DNA of 60,695 nucleotides, counting the filler, from Sphacelaria rigidula (taxonomy: Eukaryota), in the NCBI GenBank assembly GCA_964200075.2. It is 8 parts of 8 records of this genome, joined end to end, with 100 filler letters (N's around TTAATTAATTAA, not from the genome) between each part and the next. Parts side by side here need not be neighbours in the genome. Positions count along the whole stretch, not along the records: positions 22,801 to 30,300 come from CAXNAA020014634.1; positions 30,401 to 37,899 come from CAXNAA020014635.1; 6 more parts are not named here. One strand, 5' to 3'. Positions 24,652-36,269 of the stretch are shown piece by piece (positions within the stretch are counted from its first letter, which is position 1; every line of letters begins with the position of its first letter). The notes under the pieces were generated by a model. It saw nothing but the letters and a program-made list of their open reading frames with translations. It did not search any database and was not told the origin of the DNA. A program made the translations under genes and the position numbers.

Positions 24652-27164
24652 AAATGCAAAGGGCTTCGAAGTCAAGCTCGAGGGGATTCTGAAATCGCCA
24701 ACCAGGGATGAAATGTCAATTTCTTGTAACAGGAGGGAAGACCTCGAGGAGGTCCACACCATCAAGTGCTGCGAGTGTGGCAAGCTCCGAGCGCTGCCCA
24801 AGCTTGTCAAGCTCGATGATATGCTGGAAATCTGCAAGCTTCAGCACGTGAGCGATGGAGTGACTTTTTTGGGGGGGGTGGACGGGAAAAGTACGCAGAT
24901 TGTTTTGATTAGAGCGCTTGGGCCGTAGTGGGGGGTAGAGGTCATGGAGGGGACAGAAGAGGGGGGGGGAGGCGAAAAATATGTCTATCCTGGGTTCTAT
25001 TACCCATCGCTGATTTGTACGCCATTAGCTGGTAGGTTCGTTCGTGGGACGTTTTCGGTAGTTTCACTGGTGATGTATGTACGGAATATCTGAATGTAAA
25101 CAAGTGTTCTTCTTGCGTTCTAACACTACCCTAGTGCTCCCTATTTTGCTGCAGATACACGCCATCAGCGAAACCGCATATTATGTATTCAAAATCCTCT
25201 GAAATATCTGTACATTACTTGGAGTTTGGCTACTACCGTGGTAACACCACAGTTACCATATCCTGAATCCGTTTTTTTTGTCGTTTTACATCTAACTATT
25301 AACACTCGTGTGTCCCTGTTTTACCCAGGGCTCCTCCCCGCCCGCCCCCCCCACTACCACGCTCTTGACCCAGCNNNNNNNNNNTTAAACCCTTTTTTTT
25401 TTTGTTTTTACCCCTCTCCATTAACACCCTGGGGTCCCTTTTTTCCCCCCCCCCCCCCCCCGACGTATTATTTCTCCGCTCGCCACGACAAAACATCAGG
25501 CTAACGTGTGGGTGTGTTCCAAAAACTTCTGGAACAGTGCGTTCTCCTCCTGCTCTACCCCACAGGACAAGAATGTTTTTGGTGCACTGAACACCATGAG
25601 TCAGAACCTGGTCGATTCCCCAGACCACCGTGCAAGCCCCAATCAGCAAGCTGGTCGCAGAAGCGAGAGCAGCAGCAGCAGCAGCAACAACAACAACAAC
25701 AACAAGGGCAGCAACAAGAGCAGCAACAAGAGCAGCACAAGTATAAAAGCACGAAACGAAAACATCAAACACGACCCTAGCAATAACGCTATATTTCGGG
25801 AAGCGAGAGTCGCGGCGAGCGGCTACAATCTTACTCATGGCGGAACTGGCTTTTCCCAAGAAAGACCCGAACGTCAAGGTTTGACCGGAGTCGCTGGTGC
25901 TGCCGGAGACGAAGGTACGGCTTGGGAGGGGGGACTCACGGGAACTAGTGAAAGCACATTTGTGGGGGCGAAGGCATCGGCGGGCGGCGACAAAGTCTCC
26001 GGCGGTGGTGTCCGCCGTGTGCGCTTCTGCGAGACGTCCGACGAGCTCAGGGATGTCGTCGACCACCGTTTGCCCACCTCGAACAGCACAAGCGCGCGCG
26101 GTTTCGAAGTAGACGGCATTGTCAACAAGAGAGGTCAGGGTGGAGGGGACAGCCAGCGGGATAAGAGCTTTCACGGGAGAACTAAAGGCGCCTCCCGCCT
26201 CCGCGTTTTACTTCAAGTGTCGGCAAGACGGCTACACGCTGGGATGACAAATACAGGGAGAGATAGTGCAGCGATGGCAGGTGGAGAGGGGCGATACATC
26301 AGTCGGAACGGCGGCGAAGGTGCGTGTGGCCGCAGGAGCGAGCCCGTGGTTTTTGGTAGGCAAGGTGTCACGGAGTGGCGGTCAACGTCGGAGTCGGCCG
26401 CGTGTGTAACTGTCACTGCTGCGCTCTCCGCTGCCCCTGGTGCCATGTCCGCGCCTATAAAAACATCAGCGTCAGCGCCGAGAGATTTATCGTCTGCCCC
26501 CTTCCCGTTCGGACCTATACTGGAGAAGACACCATCCGGGGCTATACTGGGGAAGCACAGTCGTTCCTGTAGTGACAAGGGTGATTGTTGTGAGAAGGAC
26601 CACACCGCCGCCACCAGTGGAATGGATGCAGGGAGTACAGCTGGTGGTGCTACTGGTGCTGGTGGTGCTGCAGAAAGTAAACAGCTGGGGAACACGGAGG
26701 ACGGTGGAGGCGGTGCTGGCGCGGGTTCAAGACCGGCGGGGGGTGATAGGCCGGTCGACCGTCTAGCCGTCGAAGCGCAGGAGCCTGACACAAAGCGACC
26801 CCGCCACGCAGTAGTAGATGAAAGTACCAACACAGAAAACAGTGCCAAAAAGGACCGGGCGGCGCGGGCGATTCTTCCTCGGTGCTCTGAGCTCACGAAA
26901 GAGCATGAGGAGGCTGCCTTGAGCGGTGCTGCGACATGCGGTGGCAGCTGGAGGGAGAGGGCGAGGGATGGACGTTCGGGAGTTGTTGGTACTCCCTCTG
27001 TTCCTGCTGGCGTCCGTGGCAGGTTTTGGATGGCAGATGTGCGGGAGGCTCACGACGGACTGGCCATAAGAGAAGAGAAGGAGATGAATGCGGTGAAGGG
27101 CCTCGTTATGTTGGAGGATGTGCTCGGCAACGAGATCGAAACGACGGCGGATTCGGGTGAATAG
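24652..27164 (+). CDS. 3' part of a CW-type zinc-finger protein; exons ~24652-24847 and 25500-27164
   Basis: Phase-0 splice CAC|GTGAGC ... CATCAG|GCT joins IKCCECGKLRALP...KLQH to ANVWVCSKNFWNSAFSSCSTPQD, which is the C-x2-C...W-x-C-x2-N...C-x2-P pattern of zf-CW. A ~530-aa low-complexity tail follows, with a stop at 27162-27164. The first acceptor is uncertain. Confidence 0.8.
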
Positions 27165-27754
27165 AGCAGGATCAGCAGAGATACGATAAGAATGGCGATG
27201 CTAATGAAGAGATCGCACGGAATAGTGTAAGCATTGTTGACATCATTTTTCGGCTATTTCACCTTTGAGTAGTGTAAGCTTTGGATATTTCGACCTCTTG
27301 AGTGAGAATCCTGTGGGAATCTTGTGTGCACGAGCTTTCTTCGTGTGTAGAAGTTTTCGGTGTACACATGCAGTGTGGGGCGTTGGTTCACTGTATATGC
27401 ATGGCCAGCTCTATTCGACTGTAGACCACCCCGGTTCTTGCTGTGGCAAGAGGTAAACAGGGCGGTTCCGAGTAATTATACGATAGGGGTCAACAAAATA
27501 TACTCTGTTTGTAAATAAAGGCCAACTGATAATTTTATTATGCGACGCTGCGTAGTAGTAGGTGTAAACAGTGTGAGACAGCAGCAATTGGACGTTTTTA
27601 TTCTGCATGTATGTTGTAAAATGATGTGCAAGACAGAGCACACCGTGCTGCGGCAGTCGTGGGAGTAGCACCCTCGGTAGTACTAAAATTAGGAGATATT
27701 GAAGCTTCTATCACGTGTTATCCACAATTGAGTCCTTTCGCATTCGATAAAAAT

Positions 27755-28065
27755 GTGTGCGTCCGTCCCATTTATTCTTGACGCCCAAGCCTTTCGGTAT
27801 GTGTGGGTACACCGACCGGAATCACACAGGGGGAAAACCAACACAGACAGGAATTATTTCCCCCTTTTTCTCCTCCTTCCTCTTCTGCGGTGCTTGTCTC
27901 AGTTTTTATCGCGAGGAGGGTTCGGTCATCCCTTTTCCTCGATTGTTACTCACGAAGTTATTGCTTCCGGGGAAGGAAAAATAACAACAGTTAGTTCGCG
28001 AAACTTCACCAGGGATCGACATCACGATTTATTTACCAGAAGGCTCGCGAGGTCACAAACTGAAT
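27755..28065 (-). mobile_element. SINE-like family F, near full length
   Basis: The minus strand starts TCAGTTTG...GATGTCGATCCCTGG (degenerate A/B boxes) and ends in CACAC; three copies in the window. Confidence 0.6.
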
Positions 28066-28629
28066 CATCCGAGCCGCGGGCGTGTAGTACGGAGAGACGT
28101 ATGGAATCAGAACCTGCCGCGTGACCCCAACTATCTCAAGGCTCCCGTTTCATTGATCTTGTCAGATACTCGACGACCTAGCTAGGGCGGATAAAAATAT
28201 GACCCCTATGACGTTTCGCGAGACCCGGGCACAACATCAACCCTTTTGGCACCCAGTCGTCATTTGGCTACCACATGGCCGAGCTTTTGGGGGAAGGGTT
28301 CGAAATAAATACTGCAGTTCTTTTCGGAGGAAAAACAGCTCCTACATACAGACAGGCTGGTTCACGCTTATAATCCAGTATTCACTCATCCGGAAATCTT
28401 CACGCCGATTGTTCTTGGAGTTAGAAAATGACAATTTGCACATACACATATATGTTTATATGTACTATTATTATGGGACACTACGAAACCTTTCACGGAT
28501 GGAGTTTTTCATGTTTATTGTCTGCCGGTTATCGCGGGCCCCAAGGTCTTGGGGAGTTACATGCCCTTCACACGCCCTTCTGGGACCCCCGATAACGGAC
28601 GAAAAAATAAAAATAAACCCCCATTCGTG

Positions 28630-28971
28630 GAGTGATGCCGTGATAGCCCCTCCCCCCAGACCCGCCAAGACCAACAACCTACAATCACGAGGAAAGGTTA
28701 TATACAGCGCGTCGCGATGGCTGCTTTCAGAAACTAGTTCTTGAAATTAGTTGTCAAGAGACTGCAGGTGACTGGCTTCTGAATCCAGCTCTTGAAATTT
28801 ATTTTGAAGAATGCAGACATGGCTAGTTTCAAAACCCAGTTATTATTGAAAATGCTTCGAAGAAACCAGATATTATGGCAGGTTTCAGAAACCAGGTCTA
28901 AACACCTCACGCGTAGATCTTGCCTCGGTCCCCCCTACACTTCTCTGGGGCGCACTTCCGCAGCACCACTC
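28630..28971. mobile_element. Unclassified GA(G/C)-terminal TIR element
   Basis: GAGTGATGCCGTGATAG ... CTTCCGCAGCACCACTC, flanked by direct TCGTG at 28625-28629 and 28972-28976. Confidence 0.75.
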
Positions 28972-29424
28972 TCGTGTAAATCTTTTGATCTCCCACATAG
29001 TAAAGTTTTGGGGTCTAACCGCGAGAAATGGCGTGAACATTGTGCCTCCGTGCGAGCTTGGGAAAGGTACGAAATACTAACGGGTTGATTTTGGTGTTGA
29101 AACGCCTCCTTGGCGTAAAATTGACCCCATCGCATCAGGTTTTCGAGTCACGCAACCAAGCTTTGTACGAACGTTCCTTGGACTACCTCAAAACGCCTAC
29201 ATTGTATCATTTTTATTTCGAGACATCTTGTTGTACTGACTTCCCGAGGTCCAGACGCTGGGATCCCTGGAAGTTGATAAAAGTAGTTTTTTTTCAACAG
29301 CATGCATTTTTCCACTTCGAACATCAACACCTACCGACTTGCCAAGTTTGGAGGCGATCTCAGCTTTTGTACGACATGTATAAGGAAACTTTCCTTCCGG
29401 AGGATCTCTAGGTCTTCAGTGCAT

Positions 29425-29783
29425 GAGTGATGCTACGGTAAGGGTGCAATTTTTTTCTCTGAGGTCGGAATTGTTAGGAGTCCTTTATCTCGTCCAAAAC
29501 ACGACTTATGGAACACGTGAGGATACACCAGGGTTACTATATTTTAATGTGCTAGGGATATCCCGAATTAATTTGCAAACGGGGAGACCTTGACCCATTT
29601 CCTTGTGCATCTAAAATCGTTAGGAGCCCCTTCACCCTTAGACCGCGAGATTAGTCTTTCTGGATCATGCATACTTTTTTCACTTGAAATTTATGTCGAT
29701 TCAACAGAAGACTAATCTCGCGGTCTAAGGGTTAACCAGACAAGATTTCGCGCAAACTTCGCAACCCTACCGTAGCATTGCTC
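29425..29783. mobile_element. Unclassified GAG-terminal TIR element containing a TTAA MITE
   Basis: GAGTGATGCTACGGTAAGG ... CCCTACCGTAGCATTGCTC; partial copies at 30167-30300 and 22801-22870. Confidence 0.8.
29635..29731 (+). mobile_element. piggyBac-type MITE (97 bp)
   Basis: Perfect 24-bp TIR CCCTTAGACCGCGAGATTAGTCTT; TTCA/TTAA flanks; empty site visible at ~22815-22825. Confidence 0.9.
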
Positions 29784-30629
29784 TCGCGAGTCATTGCGGA
29801 AATCCGACGACGACGATACCTCACATCATCACCGAATTACCACGGTTCTAGGTGTAATCCCATCCCACAGTCTTCGCTTTCAAGTATGTATGTTTTCCCG
29901 TTAGATCCCCGAGCTGATGGTGATTACTACGATTTGAAGTATGTGGAAATTGAGTAGAAATTATTGGGTTGGGAATTCGTACTTTTTTGTTCCAGAATAT
30001 TTGAATGGGCGCTGATCAGTCGAGGTACCTCGTTTCGCGTGCCTTTAGTCAGCGCCACCGATATAGCCTTGAGCAGAGAAATAGGCTTATGTCACCCTCT
30101 TCAAGTGTCCATAGCGGTCAGTATGTTACCACGTATGCGGCCATTGGGTATTGCGAAATGGAATTGGAGTGATGCTACGGTAGGGGTGCACAAATAATTT
30201 CTGAGGTTAGAATTGTTAGGAGTCCTTTATCTCATCCAAAACATGACTTATGAAAATATGCGAGAGTACGCCAGGATTACTGTTCCAATGTGCTGGGGAT
30301 NNNNNNNNNNNNNNNNNNNNNNNNNNNNNNNNNNNNNNNNNNNNTTAATTAATTAANNNNNNNNNNNNNNNNNNNNNNNNNNNNNNNNNNNNNNNNNNNN
30401 GGCCGGGGGTGGCCTTGGTTATACGTTATTTGTACAGTCACCATTCTGTGTGTTTCGATCGAATGAGCGCATACCTCGACTCTGCTCATTCATTAGAGAA
30501 GGAAAAGTGTCAAAACGAGCATGCGCAAACTCAAGTGCGAGCTCTTTTTCTTCAACGTTCTTCACCACTCCCCCTGCGTTTACTGTGACGACGGTTTCGA
30601 GAAATTGAGCTAATGTGACGAAAAAAAAT

Positions 30630-30765
30630 ATATATCGAGAATATCGATATTAGATATTGATATTCGATATTGATAAATATTACATTTATCGGTTTTCTAC
30701 GCTCCGATACCGACATGGCATATCGCCGATATTTATCGAAATCATATCGATTATCGATATTCGAT
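30630..30765. repeat. ATATCGAT-rich repeat block
   Basis: Many TATCGA/CGATAT units; probably subterminal repeats of a MITE. Confidence 0.55.
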
Positions 30766-31814
30766 GTGCAACAATGGTACCAAGAAAAAGCTAGGGTTCA
30801 TGTTCCGGTACGAAAGTTACTCATCTAGTTTATTTCGGAGCCGAATCGCACATTTACGATGTCGCTACAGTATCGGCCAATTGACGGGGATGATCGAGCA
30901 CGTGAAAGAGGAGGTGCGATTGCGCAGTGGCCACGACTTGCCCCCTCTTGGTTTGCCGAGATAACTTTGGCGGACAAGGGCGGTTTAGTGCACAATCGTA
31001 CTCCATCCCACTACGATCGCGGTATTCTGCACGAGCAATAACGTAACGGGACTGTCAGCGCTGCTGTGACGAGGTGTATGTGAACTCGCGGTCGAAGGCT
31101 GAAATCTGTATGTTCTTGTACTGTACCTGTAGTCGGAGAAATATGCGCCGAAAGTATGAAGCTTGGTCGGTACTTGAACACTCTACAAGTGTTGCAGAGA
31201 TTCCCGTGGCGGCGGAAACAAGAGCAGAGGCGTATCTAGGTATTTGACCGCGTAATGGGATTTGGTGCGGTATCTAATCATCCGCCCGACATCTTCGCGC
31301 CAGAGCATGTGGTATTTGGAATGTTGCGTGGGCCCCAGCCCCCCAGCCACCGCCGCACTTTCGTCTTCGATCGTATCCTAGCGCTTGGTTTGTGCTCCTC
31401 ACTGTTGTGCGTCTGTTTCTACACAAGAAAAGTCGAATTTCCACATACCGAAAGTTGTGTGCACATGGGGTGTAGCAAGCCGACGACACGAAGAGCTTAG
31501 GTACAATATGGCCCCGGTAAAAAACACCGACAGTGTCTCCGCGGAAGATAGTATGACCAGTATAGGAACGAGGCACAAGAAGTAGGTAGCCTCCCCGTAA
31601 CCACACAACCGCCTCGGCGTGTGCCGCGCTATTATCGATTGTGCGAACACTCCTCGCGTTTCACACCATTCCAGCTGCAACGAAAACGACCTGTGTTGGC
31701 GGCAGCTAGAGGCGGTACTGATGAAATGATCAAAGTTGCCAAGGTCTTGCTCGAGGGCACCAGGGTGGGAAGAGCAACAGCCGTTTCGACACCCACCTGG
31801 TTGTTGTTCCGAAG

Positions 31815-32100
31815 CTGTGTCCCGAAACTGCTCAACCTCGGGATCAGCCCATCTCTCCCCGGTACACGCCTTGCATTTTGGTCTCGCGGATTGGATCATG
31901 ACTATCACCACTCCTGCACCGCGTCAACTATCTTGAAAAAAACCCAGTCTACTACTTTCTGCCTACTCGCGTCATCACGCTTTCGACGGTGAAAATCGCA
32001 TACTTGCGAAGAAAAACCCCAAGGCACTAGGAATCGAACCCACGTTCTATCCACCGTAGTGGTGACACTCGGACCATTTTAATTTACACCACCGGGGCAC
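31815..32100 (-). mobile_element. tRNA-headed SINE-like family G
   Basis: Minus-strand head GCCCCGGTGGTGTAAATTAAAATGG...GGGTTCGATTCC; body shared with 53735-54073. Confidence 0.75.
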
Positions 32101-34987
32101 GGCGGCTATACCGTATGTAGCACGTTAACGTGTTCTGAGGTACGAGTTTCAGTTGTGTATTGTGTATGTACTTTGACCCCCCCGAATGAACCTATGCTCT
32201 CTGAATCCCGGGCGCACCATGGTGGGCCAAGCAGCAAGACCAGCAGAGGAAAACCAAGCAATTTCTCTTAGTAGCACTAACGATCAGAACATGTGATTCC
32301 TCATAACTAACCCTGTTCGTAAATGTTTGCACACGCCTGCTCGGATTTGAATGGCCGAAGGCCTATTAAGGGTGGCATTTTGCCACATGTTCTCCGTTTG
32401 GACAATCGACAATTTCGGGTGCACCTCAGACATTTTCGGGATCAAAAGCATTACCGAGATACATACCGTAATACAAGGTACCAAGGTGGAAATGTGTTCA
32501 ACGTCCGGTCATACAATTTGACCGAAACACCGTTATACATGGTGGTGATGGTGAAAGCCCGAAGTGCGGCTGCGTTCGGCGTCTCATCGGCCATAGCTAC
32601 TCCTGAACTGTGGCGGCTAAACCTGATCCGTGGTGGTTCGATGAACCTTGTAAAAAGTATGCTGTTTCTGACAATTTCCCCTAGCAGCAAGGCCAAACTT
32701 CCGCTGTCATGACAGTGGCGGAACAACGATGGTCGCGAACTGCCGACCTCTTTCCACAAGGCACACACAAGGTGTAATGACCCCGAGAACAGCGGTTGTT
32801 TCCTTGTCGTGGCCTGCGAACATCGGTTGCGTTCTTGGTGTAAACGTTTATTCGCCGTGCCGGGTTCGCACGCGATGAACAGGCCGTGCACCGAGGGTAT
32901 GGAGGAGCAGAAACCGGCGTGAAGAGTGATGTAGAGTGACGGAGGGCAATGGATGCTGAAGAAAGGCTGAAAGGGGGAACATTCGCGTTAGTGTATGTTT
33001 TTTTTTCCCTTTTTTGTCTATTTTTACCACAACAGCACTCAACCGATGCGCATCGCGACGCATTTTTTGCCTGATTTTAAAACATAATTATGTTCGTGTT
33101 CCCAAAATTCGTTTCTGCAAAAATAACAAAAACAAAAACAACAAAAACAGGCGTGGAGAACCTTCGTCGGAGGAGACGCATCCGGTCAGATTAGCGATGG
33201 AAACATTTGGTCATGTTCCACTCCACCTTATGAGGAAAATATTCTGGCGCCCAGGACGTTCACTGAGTTTCCAGTCCCCGAGGAATCGAGGTCAGTGTGT
33301 TGGTCGTTACTGATTTAGATCTGTTCGTAGTTTTTGGTATGCACGGTGTGGCACTGGCGGTGTGTGTGTTTGCCGTGGCCATATTTTCTCTACGTGTACT
33401 GTTTGACCTGGCGTGACTCCTTGTATTCCAATGTGATTGATCAACGGGTTCGTCCTCTGACCCCTAATTTGAGGTTGTGCGCGTTGCTCGCATTTTGCCG
33501 CCGTGGGCCAAACCACTTCCGTGCCCTGTTCGACCTGACCAGGTACGGAGGATCATGGTGGCAGTGAATTTATTTTCGAGTGTATATTCCTTGCTTTTTC
33601 TGTTGCATGACGGGTGAATGTCACCTTACATTTTAGTGTGGCACGTTGACTCGAGTGTCCGACCGTTCGTTGTACTACTGCTGAAGGTTCGTATACTTCG
33701 CATTCGCTTACATTCAGACGGAAATTGTCAAATCTTCTTACATACTTGTAAAAGAGTATATCAACTCCCAGACCAAAAATGTTACCCATCGAGTCCAGGT
33801 ATATCACTGGACACCTTGGATATTGGGTTTGAGACCGATTATTGAGGCAATGAAGATGCCACACTTGTCATGGCCTCAAAGGGGAAGCAACATTTGGTTA
33901 CTGTCTGAAATTGCAAAACAAAACCGCTAGGCACTCTGGAGGCAAGTAAGTATTCTTTCTACGGTCAAACCAGAACTCCGACTCGCAAATGTGTGATTTC
34001 GTTTACTGTGCTTTTATATCCAAACGTCACTTGCAGCGATATGTATCAACACAATCTCCAAATTCTGCGGAAATACGTCTGCAGCACAGCGAGTGATTGG
34101 TCTGTTGATTGCTGCATATGTGTCGATCCTGTTAGGAATCCAACCATGGTCACAAGATAGACTTACTCCTGGTGAATGAACTGGGAAACTCGCTGAGACG
34201 ACCCGTAGAGAGCAACAAGGACGCATTTGGAAAAAGGAAAAAGACCGAGGGATTCGAGAACAGTTCCAATTTGACAAAGTAAAGTTGGTTTCTGCTCCGG
34301 GTAAAAAATCGACTGAGTGGTTTTTTGCGACTCCGTTTTTCCGTCGGGACTCTTGGGTCCCGATTCTTGCGATCGGATTCTTGCGATAGTTTTTTTGCTA
34401 GATTTTTCCAGTCTAAAACCCTTATCGATTTCGGGGTTTTCGGGATAACTGCGTCAAACGGACACCAAACGCATCCTGCTCGAAGGGGCACCTGGACACA
34501 CAGCGGTTGTCGCTGCCTACCTGGTAACATTCTCCAAGTCGAAGTCTTGAGTGAAAACCCCCAGCGTTTGGTGCCAATGTACAGTACAAGGAAGGGTGAT
34601 CTTCATCTAGTATCATGCTTAAAAACGTACCTGACAAGGGGGCAACACCCCCGTAGAGACAGTAGCAATGCTAGCGGGTCCTACGTCCTGAAAGTCTGTG
34701 ACAGTCTGGCAGCCGGCAAGGTGGTCATGGTAGCGAAGTTTTCAGGTGAATATTTCGGCGATTGCGCCTCACCTACAGTTCGCCCCGATGTCGTGGATTT
34801 TTTCTCGATATCACCGAGTAACATTATTACATACATGTACAGATGAAAATATATCAGACCCTCCGTCACATTATAGGTCGAGATGTGCCAGACCCTGCAT
34901 TATATATTGAAGTTTACCCAACCGTGGACAAAAGATTTCTACAGTCAGTATGAACACGATGTTGGAAGTGTAATGCATAAAGAGTGT

Positions 34988-35082
34988 TGTGTGTGTTGTC
35001 ATCCCATCTATTCTGGACGTCCGTTTCCACCTCTCGGTATATGTGGGCGCACCAGCCGCGGCTGTGTTACCTTTCAGCTTCG
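34988..35082 (-). mobile_element. SINE-like family F, 3' fragment
   Basis: GTGTGTGTTGTCATCCCATCTATTCTGGACG...GGGCGCACCAGCCG, as in the other copies. Confidence 0.65.
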
Positions 35083-36014
35083 CCCAAGATATAGGCAGCC
35101 ATTACAGCGGCGGAGGCGACCTTTCACTCCCGCGTGCGCCACCTGGGGCAAACGCACGTTGTAGCTGCAACACGGACAGCTTTACAAAATGTGACGTAAC
35201 GATATACTGCAGCGCGTGGCGTGATATTCCGCCTACACGTTTGCCGCAGATACAAGCATCTGCGTTCATGATGTGGCGAACTGCATAGCACAACGCGAAA
35301 TCAATGCAGGACAGGAATAGGCTAAGGATGTCACGTCCTGCAGTGTGCTTTGTCACCCTGCACCCTGCTGCTGTGCAGTGAGCAGGTAGTACCGCCGAAT
35401 GTCTCACGATGCGGTTGGTACACAGTAGTACCGGTTCCACACCCGTAGGGTAACCTCTGCATTTAATTGCATGAAACGCATTGAATTAAATTGCATGCGC
35501 GGAGAGCGTTATGTTCGAGCAGCAAGCACGCTAGCGTTTTCCGTGTTGTCGACATCGTGCCAGCGCGGTTGTGCCTAAAACGCTGTACTCCCCTATGGCA
35601 GCCCGTCATGGTAGTGCTCCTCATGTTTGATCACGCTTCATTCGAAAACACGGAGAAAAGCATCGTTGCTGCACTTGGATTGTGGTGAACCGGTTGTTTT
35701 TCGACAGAACTCCCGCATGCTGCGTATTGTACCAAATAGTGTACCGTACCAGTGCAAAAACGGATACTGTATGCATTATATGTATAGGCCACCGGCATGC
35801 TACGGTTATCATGAACTGTGTACGAGGCGCGGGAAGCGTAGTTTTTGTCAGGGAATGCTATTAATAGGACGCAACAATACTGCAGTACAGGCAGTACAAA
35901 ACGCGTGCTTCGAACGAGACACAAGACGAAAAAATTATATTATGGTAAATACCTGGGCGTTTTGGTACTGAAACGAGTCCACGAGTCCCTCCACTGCCTA
36001 CCGTACGAAGATAG

Positions 36015-36269
36015 CAAGGGACGAATCAATGATTCGTCCGGAAATTATTCGATTTTTAGTGTCATTGGTTCGTACCGTATGAATCAATCCTTAGGCTTTG
36101 TTTTCAGCGTTGCAACCCAGGTACGCGTACCCCAGGCACGTGGAATGGCGCAAAAGTTGCGTGGAGACCTGTTTGACCCGCGGTCGACTTTTTTCTCTCT
36201 TTCGAGCAATCAGGCCCAAGAAATCGTGGATTTGGTTATTCCAATCGGCGATGATTCGTCCGAACCATG
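36015..36269 (-). mobile_element. hAT-type MITE family A
   Basis: Perfect 8-bp TSD GAAGATAG at 36007-36014 and 36270-36277; reverse-orientation homolog. Confidence 0.9.

Noticed and set aside
25299..26896. Long antisense ORFs (291 and 227 aa) and poly-Q/poly-C ORFs
   Set aside because: Shadows of the GC-rich plus-strand exon and its CAG/CAA repeat.
32025..32100. tRNA gene
   Set aside because: A and B boxes are present but I could not form a cloverleaf, and it is attached to a dispersed repeat body; treated as a SINE head.
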